Below, piece after piece: positions 52,647 through 61,802 of a stretch of DNA of 64,000 bases. The position numbers and the translations under genes were made by a program. The notes below the pieces were generated by a model. The model worked only from the letters and a program-made list of their open reading frames with translations. It searched no databases and was not told where the DNA came from. Origin of the DNA: Longimicrobiales bacterium (GTDB taxonomy: Bacteria > Gemmatimonadota > Gemmatimonadetes > Longimicrobiales > Gaopeijiaceae); the NCBI GenBank assembly GCA_965218295.1, contig CBDCKN010000003.1, forward strand, positions 320,001 through 384,000, written 5' to 3'. Each line of letters opens with the position of its first letter. Position 1 is the stretch's first letter.

Positions 52647-53096
52647 ATGCTGAGACACCGAGAGAGAATGAAAGAGAATGGAATAGCCCCACCAACCTGG
52701 GACGGTAAGCGAAGCGCGGCAGCTCCTGCGGACTCGGAGGTGGTAGATAGGCCGCTGCGCCGGCGGTTCGCTCCGTCGTACAAGCTGCGGATCGTCGAAG
52801 AAGCGGACCGGTGCACGGAGCCCGGAGAGGTTGGCCGACTCCTACGGCGGGAGGGCTTGTACTCGTCGCACCTGACGACATGGCGCAAGGCGGCGCATAG
52901 CGGGTCCCTGAAAGCGCTGTCGAAGAAACGAGGCCGTAAGCGCGAGCGCAATCCGCTGGAGGAGAAGGTGCGCAAGCTGGAGCGCGAGAACACTCGCCTC
53001 GAGAAGGAGCTCCAGAAGGCGCACTTGATCATCGACGTCCAGGGAAAAGTTGCAGGGCTGCTGGGATTGAGCCTCGAGGACGGGACGAACTCATGA
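52647..53096 (+). CDS. IS3-like OrfA
   Basis: Same protein as 49145..49594; G-GGA-AAA slippery heptamer at 53042. Confidence 0.87.
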   Translation: MLRHRERMKENGIAPPTWDGKRSAAAPADSEVVDRPLRRRFAPSYKLRIVEEADRCTEPGEVGRLLRREGLYSSHLTTWRKAAHSGSLKALSKKRGRKRERNPLEEKVRKLERENTRLEKELQKAHLIIDVQGKVAGLLGLSLEDGTNS

Positions 53097-54100
53097 AGGC
53101 GACCCAGGAGCTAGCCAAGCACGTAGGGGTGAAGCCCGCGTGCGATGCGCTCAGGGTGCCGCGAGCCACGTTCTACCGTCGTCGGAGTGCATCGACCGGG
53201 CATCAGCAGCCCCGCCCGACCCCCGCCCGGGCCTTAAGCGAGAAGGAACGAGACAAGGTCTTCGACACGCTGTGTTCGGAGCGGTTCGTGGACCGGTCCC
53301 CAGCCGAGGTGGTGGCGACGCTGCTCGACGAGGACGTCTACCTGTGCAGCGAGCGTACGATGTATCGCGTTCTGGCTTCCCAGGTGCCGGTTCAGGAGCG
53401 TCGAGCGCAGCGGAGTCATCCCAAATACCAGAAGCCCGAGTTGATGGCGAGGGGCCCGAACCAGGTCTGGTCCTGGGATATCACCCGGCTGCTGGGGCCG
53501 AAGAAGTGGAGTTACTTCTACCTCTACGTGATCCTGGACATCTTCAGCCGCTACGTCGTGGGATGGATGGTGGCGGATCGGGAGAACTCTGCCCTGGCCA
53601 GCCGGCTGATCCAGCAGAGTTGCTTGAAGCATGGCGTCCAGCCCCACCTCCTGACCCTGCATTCCGATCGAGGGGCTCCGATGACGAGCCAATGCACGGC
53701 TCAACTACTCGCCGATCTCGGCGTGACCCGCTCGTTGGGCCGACCCCAGGTCTCGGATGACAATCCGTTCTCCGAGGCTCAGTTCAAGACCTTGAAGTAC
53801 CATCCCTCGTTTCCCGGCCGGTTCGGGGATCAGGGGCAAGCCAAGACCTTCTGTCGCTCGTTCTTCCGTTGGTATAATGCCGAGCACCGCCATGGCGGCA
53901 TCTCGATGCTGACCCCCGAACAGGTCCACTTCGGTCACGCCGATCGGATCATCGCCTGCAGGAAGGCCGTGCTCCGTGAGGCATGGGCCGCTCATCCCGA
54001 GCGCTTCGTCTCCGGTGAGCCGAAGCCTAAACCACTCCCGGAGGCCGTCTGGATCAATCCTCCCACCCCATCCCTCACTACACAGGAGATTGCTCTCTAA
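53093..54100 (+). CDS. IS3-like OrfB transposase
   Basis: DDE motifs WSWDIT, HSDRG, SEAQFKTLK. Confidence 0.9.
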   Translation: MKATQELAKHVGVKPACDALRVPRATFYRRRSASTGHQQPRPTPARALSEKERDKVFDTLCSERFVDRSPAEVVATLLDEDVYLCSERTMYRVLASQVPVQERRAQRSHPKYQKPELMARGPNQVWSWDITRLLGPKKWSYFYLYVILDIFSRYVVGWMVADRENSALASRLIQQSCLKHGVQPHLLTLHSDRGAPMTSQCTAQLLADLGVTRSLGRPQVSDDNPFSEAQFKTLKYHPSFPGRFGDQGQAKTFCRSFFRWYNAEHRHGGISMLTPEQVHFGHADRIIACRKAVLREAWAAHPERFVSGEPKPKPLPEAVWINPPTPSLTTQEIAL

Positions 54101-54140
54101 TTGATTTCCAAGAGTGTCTCACTGGCGTTGACAGGTTCCG

Positions 54141-54483
54141 GCTGCGCCGGCGGTTCGCTCCGTCGTACAAGCTGCGGATCGTCGAAGAAGCGGACCGGTG
54201 CACGGAGCCCGGAGAGGTTGGCCGACTCCTACGGCGGGAGGGCTTGTACTCGTCGCACCTGACGACATGGCGCAAGGCGGCGCATAGCGGGTCCCTGAAA
54301 GCGCTGTCGAAGAAACGAGGCCGTAAGCGCGAGCGCAATCCGCTGGAGGAGAAGGTGCGCAAGCTGGAGCGCGAGAACACTCGCCTCGAAAAGGAGCTCC
54401 AGAAGGCGCACTTGATCATCGACGTCCAGGGAAAAGTTGCAGGGCTGCTGGGATTGAGCCTCGAGGACGGGACGAACTCATGA
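54141..54483 (+). pseudogene. 5'-truncated IS3-like OrfA of copy C
   Basis: Resumes mid-orfA directly after the right end of copy D. Confidence 0.8.
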
Positions 54484-55487
54484 AGGCGACCCAGGAGCTA
54501 GCCAAGCACGTAGGGGTGAAGCCCGCGTGCGATGCGCTCAGGGTGCCGCGAGCCACGTTCTACCGTCGTCGGAGTGCATCGACCGGGCATCAGCAGCCCC
54601 GCCCGACCCCCGCCCGGGCCTTAAGCGAGAGGGAGCGGGACAAGATTTTCGACACCCTGTGTTCGGAGCGGTTCGTGGACCGGTCCCCAGCCGAGGTGGT
54701 GGCGACGCTGCTCGACGAGGACGTCTACCTGTGCAGCGAGCGTACGATGTATCGCGTTCTGGCTTCCCAGGTGCCGGTTCAGGAGCGTCGAGCGCAGCGG
54801 AGTCATCCCAAATACCAGAAGCCCGAGTTGATGGCGAGGGGCCCGAACCAGGTCTGGTCCTGGGATATCACCCGGCTGCTGGGGCCGAAGAAGTGGAGTT
54901 ACTTCTACCTCTACGTGATCCTGGACATCTTCAGCCGCTACGTCGTGGGATGGATGGTGGCGGATCGGGAGAACTCTGCCCTGGCCAGCCGGCTGATCCA
55001 GCAGAGTTGCTTGAAGCATGGCGTCCAGCCCCACCTCCTGACCCTGCATTCCGATCGAGGGGCTCCGATGACGAGCCAATGCACGGCTCAACTACTCGCC
55101 GATCTCGGCGTGACCCGCTCGTTGGGCCGACCCCAGGTCTCGGATGACAATCCGTTCTCCGAGGCTCAGTTCAAGACCTTGAAGTACCATCCCTCGTTTC
55201 CCGGCCGGTTCGGGGATCAGGGGCAAGCCAAGACCTTCTGTCGCTCGTTCTTCCGTTGGTATAATGCCGAGCACCGCCATGGCGGCATCTCGATGCTGAC
55301 CCCCGAACAGGTCCACTTCGGTCACGCCGATCGGATCATCGCCTGCAGGAAGGCCGTGCTCCGTGAGGCATGGGCCGCTCATCCCGAGCGCTTCGTCTCC
55401 GGTGAGCCGAAGCCTAAACCACTCCCGGAGGCCGTCTGGATCAATCCTCCCACCCCATCCCTCACTACACAGGAGATTGCTCTCTAA
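54480..55487 (+). CDS. IS3-like OrfB transposase
   Basis: Two amino-acid differences from 53093..54100. Confidence 0.9.
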   Translation: MKATQELAKHVGVKPACDALRVPRATFYRRRSASTGHQQPRPTPARALSERERDKIFDTLCSERFVDRSPAEVVATLLDEDVYLCSERTMYRVLASQVPVQERRAQRSHPKYQKPELMARGPNQVWSWDITRLLGPKKWSYFYLYVILDIFSRYVVGWMVADRENSALASRLIQQSCLKHGVQPHLLTLHSDRGAPMTSQCTAQLLADLGVTRSLGRPQVSDDNPFSEAQFKTLKYHPSFPGRFGDQGQAKTFCRSFFRWYNAEHRHGGISMLTPEQVHFGHADRIIACRKAVLREAWAAHPERFVSGEPKPKPLPEAVWINPPTPSLTTQEIAL

Positions 55488-55621
55488 TTGATTTCCAAGA
55501 GTGTCTCACTGGCGTTGACAGGTTCCGCATGATCTCCTGTGCGAGGTGGGGGGCTCAGTCAGCAGAAGAAGGTCGTCGAACGACATGCGCGACCAGGAGC
55601 TCACCCCGTGGATCCTGAACC

Positions 55622-56169
55622 TCAAGCGACATGGCGCCACGCCTCACCTGTGCGAAGCATCGCGTGCACCGCACGAGCGAGCTTGCGTGCGGTGGCGATG
55701 CGAGCGACACGCCAATCGAGCCGATCCTTGAGCCGGTCGTAGTACTGGCTGAGCCAGCTATCGGGAGATCGGCCATGATGGATGACGACGGTCTGGACGA
55801 AGGCATTACGGAGCCAGCGGTTGGCACCGGCCGGGATCGGCCCGTAGCGGACGGTCATCCCGGAACGAGAGGAACGAGGAGCGAGTCCTGCATAGCTCAC
55901 GAGGTGCTTCGGGCCTCGGAAGCGCTCGATCGGCAGGGTCTCGGTGGCGATCAAGAGGGCGCGGTAGGGTCCGATGCCGGGAACCGTGCGAAGGAGTTCG
56001 ACGGCCGGGATCTCGCGGCCGACCTCGAGGATGCGACGGTCGAGCGACTTGATCATGTCCTTGAGTTCGTCTGCGATGCGCTCATGCGTGCAGATGAGTC
56101 GTTGCTGCTCGGGCCCCATGCGGGGCCAGGCGATGGTATGGACCCAGCCACGTCCCTCGGCGGTGAGCA
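55622..56169 (-). pseudogene. C-terminal half of the IS110 recombinase
   Basis: Near-identical to the 3' half of 57859..58878. Confidence 0.85.
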
Positions 56170-56346
56170 CCTATAAAGCGGACCCGGTCAATAGGACGCA
56201 CGCCACCTAGGGCCTGCGCGAGCAGGCCATCGTAGGTGTTCCTCAGATCCTTCAGCATCCCCAAGTCTCCTGCGGCGTGATGTTGAGAAGTGGTTGGATC
56301 ACGCGACCGATCGAAGGCGAGTCTTGTCAGGGACTCGAGCACCTAT

Positions 56347-57724
56347 GAGGTTGGGTCAATAGGTGTGTAAACGTATTAGGCGGCGTTCTTCCGCTGTTGG
56401 TGTGAGACGGGCTTTCCGTCTTCGAACTTTCTTCCTTCAAATACGTCCTTGAGGAGGTGAGGAGCGTCGAGCCTTCGGAACCGCTTCTCAGCCACCAAGA
56501 GCAACTTCCAGATTAGCGCCGTAGCGCTCTCGACCCGCTTGAACCGCTTCGCTGCTGTCGTCCTGAGCCGTACCGCAGCGAACGGGCTCTCGACCACGTT
56601 CGTCGTGCGTAGATGCTTCCAGTGGTCCTCGGGGAAGTCGTAGAACGCTACCATCCGCTCCCAGTCGTCCTCGAGTACGTCCACTGCTTTCGGATACCAC
56701 GGCCTATAGCGTCGGGCGAACACCTCGCGGGCCTTCAGGGCCTCGGCCCGGCTCGGTGCGTAGACCACGGCCCGGAGAAGATCCTTCGCCTCGCCCTGCT
56801 CCCGCTGAGGTAGTCGGTCCAGCACGTTCCTCATCTTGTGGTTCCAGCACCGTTGCTCGCCCGCCTCAGGCCATACCTGCCGTACTGCGCCCCAGATCGC
56901 CGCGTTGCCGTCCGCCATCAAAAGCCGGGGCGCCTCGATGCCGCGTGCCTTCAGATCCCGCAACACCTCCGACCAGGACTCGACCGACTCTCGGTAGCCC
57001 GATCTCAGGGCCAACACCTCCTTCGTCCCGTCTCGCATCGCGCCCAGCACCACCAGTAGCGCCGCCTTGTCCCGCTCGAGCCCTGCCTTCACGTAGATCC
57101 CGTCCGCCCATACGTAGACGACCTCACGGCCCTCCAGGCGACGCTGGCTCCATTCCTCGAACTCCGCCGTCCATCCCGCCCGCAGTCTCCGAATCGAAGA
57201 CTTCGACAGCGGTGCCCCCTCGCCTAGCAGTCCCCGCATCGCCAGCTCGAAGTCTCCCTCTGCCAGTCCGTGCAGATACAGCTCCGGAAGCAGAGCGCCC
57301 AGCTCCTTCGTCCGCCTCGCGAACAACGGCAGCACCCGACTCTCGAACCGCTCCTCGACGCCCCGAACCCGAGGGCGTCGGAGTGTGATCGTGCCCGAGC
57401 TCATCGCCAGCCGCCTCGGCTTGCCGTATCCGTTGCGGTAGCCCTCGGTCGCGTCCACCACCCTCCTGCGCTCTGACTTCTCTCGCCCTAGCAACTCCGT
57501 GACTTCCTCCTCCAAGATCTGTTGAATGAACTCCTGCGCCTTCTCCCGAACCACTTCTTCCAGAACTTCCCACACGGGCGTCCTGGACTCACCCTCGGGT
57601 CCCACCGTATTCTTCCTCACGAGGCGTCGTTCCTTTCCCCCGGGCTGTCACCCGGAGTTCGCTGGTTATTACTCAGCGGAAAGGTACGTCGCCTCTCTTT
57701 TTACACACCCTTTGATCCTAGCTC
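56347..57724 (-). mobile_element. IS256-family element, copy 2 (1378 bp)
   Basis: Same TIRs as copy 1; 8-bp TSD GCACCTAT. Confidence 0.93.
56376..57620 (-). CDS. IS256 family transposase
   Basis: Two amino-acid differences from 24090..25334. Confidence 0.93.
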   Translation of the reverse strand: MRKNTVGPEGESRTPVWEVLEEVVREKAQEFIQQILEEEVTELLGREKSERRRVVDATEGYRNGYGKPRRLAMSSGTITLRRPRVRGVEERFESRVLPLFARRTKELGALLPELYLHGLAEGDFELAMRGLLGEGAPLSKSSIRRLRAGWTAEFEEWSQRRLEGREVVYVWADGIYVKAGLERDKAALLVVLGAMRDGTKEVLALRSGYRESVESWSEVLRDLKARGIEAPRLLMADGNAAIWGAVRQVWPEAGEQRCWNHKMRNVLDRLPQREQGEAKDLLRAVVYAPSRAEALKAREVFARRYRPWYPKAVDVLEDDWERMVAFYDFPEDHWKHLRTTNVVESPFAAVRLRTTAAKRFKRVESATALIWKLLLVAEKRFRRLDAPHLLKDVFEGRKFEDGKPVSHQQRKNAA

Positions 57725-57858
57725 GCACCTATTCGGGGTTCGGCCTCTGTAGCGTGGCACGTCCCATGATCTCCTGTGTGAGGTGGGGGGCTCAGTCAGC
57801 AGAAGAAGGTCGTCGAACGACATGCGCGACCAGGAGCTCACCCCGTGGATCCTGAACC

Positions 57859-58878
57859 TCAAGCGACATGGCGCCACGCCTCACCTGTGCGAAGCATCGC
57901 GTGCACCGCACGAGCGAGCTTGCGTGCGGTGGCGATGCGAGCGACACGCCAATCGAGCCGATCCTTGAGCCGGTCGTAGTACTGGCTGAGCCAGCTATCG
58001 GGAGATCGGCCATGATGGATGACGACGGTCTGGACGAAGGCATTACGGAGCCAGCGGTTGGCACCGGCCGGGATCGGCCCGTAGCGGACGGTCATCCCGG
58101 AACGAGAGGAACGAGGAGCGAGTCCTGCATAGCTCACGAGGTGCTTCGGGCCTCGGAAGCGCTCGATCGGCAGGGTCTCGGTGGCGATCAAGAGGGCGCG
58201 GTAGGGTCCGATGCCGGGAACCGTGCGAAGGAGTTCGACGGCCGGGATCTCGCGGCCGACCTCGAGGATGCGACGGTCGAGCGACTTGATCATGTCCTTG
58301 AGTTCGTCTGCGATGCGCTCATGCGTGCAGATGAGTCGTTGCTGCTCGGGCCCCATGCGGGGCCAGGCGATGGTATGGACCCAGCTACGTCCCTCGGCGG
58401 TGAGCAACCGACCGCGGGGCAGGCAGAAGCCCAGAGAGTGGAGCTCGGCATGAATGCGCGACGCCGAGGAGGTCCGCATCCGGACGAGTCGGGCCCGGTG
58501 CCGGACGAGGGTGGCCTGCTCGCGTTGGCTGATGGGTTTGCAGTAGACCTCAGGGATGAGGCGCACGAGTTGCATGCGAGCGAGCAGCGTGGCGTCGATC
58601 GCATCGTTCTTGTAGTTGGCCTCGGCGATCGCACGCAGCTTCTTCGCGTGGGCGAGCACGAAGCGACAATCCGGTCCGTTGAGCAACTCGTATAGCCAGG
58701 GCCAGGACGGACTCGTCTCGACGACGACCTCGAGCGGCCGATAGGCATTCAGCAGCTCAACGAGCCGGTCGGACTCGGTGTTGCGGATGCGGAGCGGCTT
58801 TTGGACGAACGCTCCGTCATTGCTCACGACCGCGACGACGAGGTACGTTGCGTGAGCATCGATTCCTGCGACATACAT
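57859..58878 (-). CDS. IS110 family DEDD recombinase (IS1111 type)
   Basis: AGIDAH, VVET, KNDAIDA, LRTVPGIG, SYAGLAPRSSRSG, ATARKLAR; GGAGG RBS. Confidence 0.92.
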   Translation of the reverse strand: MYVAGIDAHATYLVVAVVSNDGAFVQKPLRIRNTESDRLVELLNAYRPLEVVVETSPSWPWLYELLNGPDCRFVLAHAKKLRAIAEANYKNDAIDATLLARMQLVRLIPEVYCKPISQREQATLVRHRARLVRMRTSSASRIHAELHSLGFCLPRGRLLTAEGRSWVHTIAWPRMGPEQQRLICTHERIADELKDMIKSLDRRILEVGREIPAVELLRTVPGIGPYRALLIATETLPIERFRGPKHLVSYAGLAPRSSRSGMTVRYGPIPAGANRWLRNAFVQTVVIHHGRSPDSWLSQYYDRLKDRLDWRVARIATARKLARAVHAMLRTGEAWRHVA

Positions 58879-58969
58879 GATGGCCTCCTGGTGGTTGGCA
58901 GCCGCAGGTTACTTGGGGAAGTGCCAGCGTAGTGCGCCGGCCGTTGGGAGGCCATCCGCTTTATAAGGT

Positions 58970-58993
58970 CAGCAGAATCGCGAGACGTTAGGA
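58970..58993 (+). repeat. attC of the higBA cassette, right part (L' and R' GTTAGGA)
   Basis: CAGCAGAATCGCGAGACGTTAGGA is complementary to the left arm at 52165-52190. Confidence 0.8.
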
Positions 58994-59027
58994 AGCACTT
59001 ATCCCACCGAAAATCTGGCAGCACTAC

Positions 59028-60254
59028 GTGAAGAAGTTGCGGAGCAGAAACCCGTGGGGATTTAGGGTCGCCTTCTGGGCTTGCCTGACGCTTGTGGCAT
59101 GCGCCCCGAGTGGCGAACCGGACCGAAGGGGTGGTGACGATGCCAACCAAGCAGCGGCGTATGGGCACCCGGATAGCGTACTCTTCTGGACCCCGGAGCA
59201 GCAGCTCGCCGGGTTCCCGAACTACGACCGAATCTTCGAAACCCGAGCGATTCCGGCCGGCTCTGACCCCTTTCCGCTCCCTCGGCGGTTGCGAGATTTT
59301 AGTGGGCTCAGCTACAAGGTCGAAGAAAGAAGCTACGATCTTGAGGCTTTCTTAGAGCATAATCGGGTCGCGGGTCTCCTCGTTCTCAAAGAAGGCTCGA
59401 TCGTCCTGGAGGAGTACCGACTCGGCCACAGACCTGAGACGCTGTGGGTCTCGTACTCGGTGGCGAAGTCCGTCGTTTCATTGCTCATAGGCGCCGCGAT
59501 CCGCGACGGCTACATCAACGGCATCGGCGAACCCGTTACGCAGTATCTCCCGGTCCTGCGCGGCACTTCATACGAGGGCGTGACGATCGGCCATGTCCTA
59601 CAGATGGCCTCGGGCGTGGAGTGGAACGAGGACTACACTGATCCCACCGCCGACGTCAGCCTCGAAATCGGCATGACCAACCAAGAGCGGCTGAGCTTTC
59701 TGAGCAGCAAGAAGCGCCTAGTCGACCCAGGTGTTCGCTTCAACTACAACACCGGTGAGACGCACCTCGCAGGAGCGGTACTGGGGGCCGCGATCGGAAA
59801 CCACCTGGCGACATACCTTGGCTCGAAGATCTGGCAGCCGTTCGGTATGGAGCACGACGCCAACTGGAGGCTCGTTGAGCCGGGAGGCGCGGAGCACGGC
59901 GGTTGCTGCATCAGCGCGACGCTCCGTGACTACGGCCGACTCGGCATGTTTGCACTTCGAGCGGGTACACTACGCAATGGCGACCAGACCCTCCCTCCGG
60001 GCTGGATGGACGCGTCCAAGGCCCCGTCCGCAGGGAATCCAGGCTATGGCTACCTCTGGTGGCTCGGCGACGGTCAGTCGTACGCGGCAAGAGGAATCTT
60101 CGGGCAAGGGATCTTCATCGATCCCTCGGACAACGTCGTGATCGTCACGCACAGCGCGTGGCCCGTCCCGACCGGGACGGAGTTCTCAGCGCACAGAGAC
60201 GCACTGGTCGCTGCGCTGAAACAAACCCTGAATGAGACGGGGGCCGACGAGTAG
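59028..60254 (+). CDS. Serine hydrolase, beta-lactamase/NylB-like family, probable lipoprotein; gene cassette
   Basis: SVAK (SxxK), LQMASG, FNYNTG, DYGRLG, YGYLWW, ARGIFGQ; LVAC lipobox. Confidence 0.88.
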   Translation: MKKLRSRNPWGFRVAFWACLTLVACAPSGEPDRRGGDDANQAAAYGHPDSVLFWTPEQQLAGFPNYDRIFETRAIPAGSDPFPLPRRLRDFSGLSYKVEERSYDLEAFLEHNRVAGLLVLKEGSIVLEEYRLGHRPETLWVSYSVAKSVVSLLIGAAIRDGYINGIGEPVTQYLPVLRGTSYEGVTIGHVLQMASGVEWNEDYTDPTADVSLEIGMTNQERLSFLSSKKRLVDPGVRFNYNTGETHLAGAVLGAAIGNHLATYLGSKIWQPFGMEHDANWRLVEPGGAEHGGCCISATLRDYGRLGMFALRAGTLRNGDQTLPPGWMDASKAPSAGNPGYGYLWWLGDGQSYAARGIFGQGIFIDPSDNVVIVTHSAWPVPTGTEFSAHRDALVAALKQTLNETGADE

Positions 60255-60274
60255 TGTTCGGACCCTGCGTGCTT

Positions 60275-61383
60275 CTCGGGATCAACTTTGAAGTGCAACA
60301 GGGGCTAGGCTTTTGAGTTGAGTTCATAACAATCCTTGGGGGTGAGGAAGCCGAGTCGTTTACGAGGTCGGTTGTTGAGTTTGTGAGCGATGCGGTTGCA
60401 AGCATGCTGGGTGATGTGAGCCATGCTGGTACGCTTCGGCAGATACTGACGGATCAGGCCGTTCGTGTTCTCGCTGGTCCCCCTTTCCCAAGAGTGGTAG
60501 GGGGTGGCGAAGTAGAATTTCGATCCGGTTTCTGCTTCGATCGCCCCATAGCCGTGGAACTCAGTTCCGTTGTCGGCCGTGATGGTGTGAGTGGGGCGAG
60601 CGGCAGTCTTGATCAGACGAACGGCTCGACGGTTCGTAGCCTCGACGGTACGAGCCTCGAGCTTGCCGATCATCACGTAGCCCGTCTTACGATCGACGAA
60701 GGTGAGGACGCAGTGCTTGTCGGAGCTGGTACCGATCACGGTATCGGCTTCGAGGTGGCCGACTCGGCTTCGGTTCTGTGCACCAGCTGGGCGCTCAGAT
60801 ATCGGCCGTTTGCCGGCCAACCGACCTCGGGAATCATAGGATCCGTACCGTTTTCGGCGTTGCTTGGGCGAACAGCGCAGATGCAGATACAGGCGGCCAC
60901 CGCGCTTTCGGTCGCGCCAGATGTGGCGGTAGATGGTCTCGTGGCTGATCGAGAGCCGAGCCTTGCGCCGTAACCAGCCTGCGGCTTGCTCAGGGCTCCA
61001 CTGTTGCCTGAGGCACGCCTCCACCATTCGCCAGTCCGATGCACCGAAGCGCTCATTGCGGCGCGATCTGCCTCGTCTCCACCGGGCGTAGTCATCGGCC
61101 AGGTCCGGTCGATAGGCCCGGCCCTGACGATCCTTCGAGTTGCGGCGCACCTCACGGCTGATCGTACTTCGATGTCGGCCCAGTGCTCGAGCGATCGCAG
61201 CTTGGTTGCATCCTTGTTTTCTGAGCGCAGAGAGCGCATATCGCTCACCAGAGGTGAGCTGGCGATACCCTGTTCATGAACTTCCTCCTTTTCGTCGAGA
61301 AGGAAGGTCTAGGGCGTCCCAGCTCGCCTCAACTTCTTTGTGGAGTTCGGTCGGGTGGTTTGTTGCACTTACTATATGAATCC
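60275..61383 (-). mobile_element. IS30-family element, copy 2 (last 3 bp of one end lost)
   Basis: Same TIRs as copy 1; abuts the IS481 type B end. Confidence 0.88.
60305..61277 (-). CDS. IS30 family transposase with a +1 frameshift near 61269
   Basis: WSPEQ, SHETIY, HLEADTV, DNGTEF, WERGTSENTNGLIRQYLPK; one extra C relative to copy 1. Confidence 0.87.
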
Positions 61384-61802
61384 TGAACAGCGCACCTGAT
61401 GGTTGACACAATGGTGCCAGCTGATGGTTAACAGATTGGGTTACGTCCTGTGTTGCCGTGGGTGTCGAAAATGACGAAGAGTTCTTCGTCAAACCACCCG
61501 AGGGTAATGGGTCCGAAGTAGATTTGCCACAGAGCGGGACCGATGGGTTCGAGCCCGATGAACTCGTTGCCGAGCGCCGAGCTGATGTTGATCCAACGCG
61601 AGTGCCAGCGGATGCCTCCGTTCGTAGAGACCTTACGGACCTCGAAGTGCTCGGGGTATTCGATAGGCGGAAGGACATCGGGGTAGGCTCTAAGAGCCGA
61701 TCGGTAGACTGAATCGGGCGTCGCATCGTCGAGCGCCTCATGCGGCCGGATGGAATTGAAGGTGCGGCGGAAGTGGTTGAAGTGACGCTGCTGGGCACGG
61801 AG

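Larger units (their letters stand above)
52574..54140 (+). mobile_element. IS3-like element, copy D (intact, 1567 bp), inserted in copy C
   Basis: Both ends present; no TSD, and about 60 bp of the outer orfA is missing at the junction. Confidence 0.88.
52455..55527 (+). mobile_element. IS3-like element, copy C (outer), containing a full inner copy
   Basis: CCCTCTCTGCCAAC...GTTGACAGGTTCCG; 3-bp TSD CAT. Confidence 0.88.
52243..56169 (-). mobile_element. IS1111-type IS110 element, partial copy 1 (3' non-coding end plus 3' half of tnp), interrupted by nested IS3-like elements
   Basis: Subterminal IR TATAAAGCGGA at 52245; matches 56170-56346 and 57733-58406. Confidence 0.85.
56183..57858 (-). 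ncRNA. Predicted bridge/seek RNA region (about 290 nt after removing IS256 56347-57724)
   Basis: Non-coding region 3' of an IS1111-type recombinase with segments matching target (57797-57804) and donor (57726-57732); boundaries unknown. Confidence 0.55.
56170..58969 (-). mobile_element. IS1111-type IS110 element, full copy 2, interrupted by IS256
   Basis: 11-bp subterminal IRs TATAAAGCGGA (56172) / TCCGCTTTATA (58955); long 3' non-coding end; no TSD. Confidence 0.87.
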
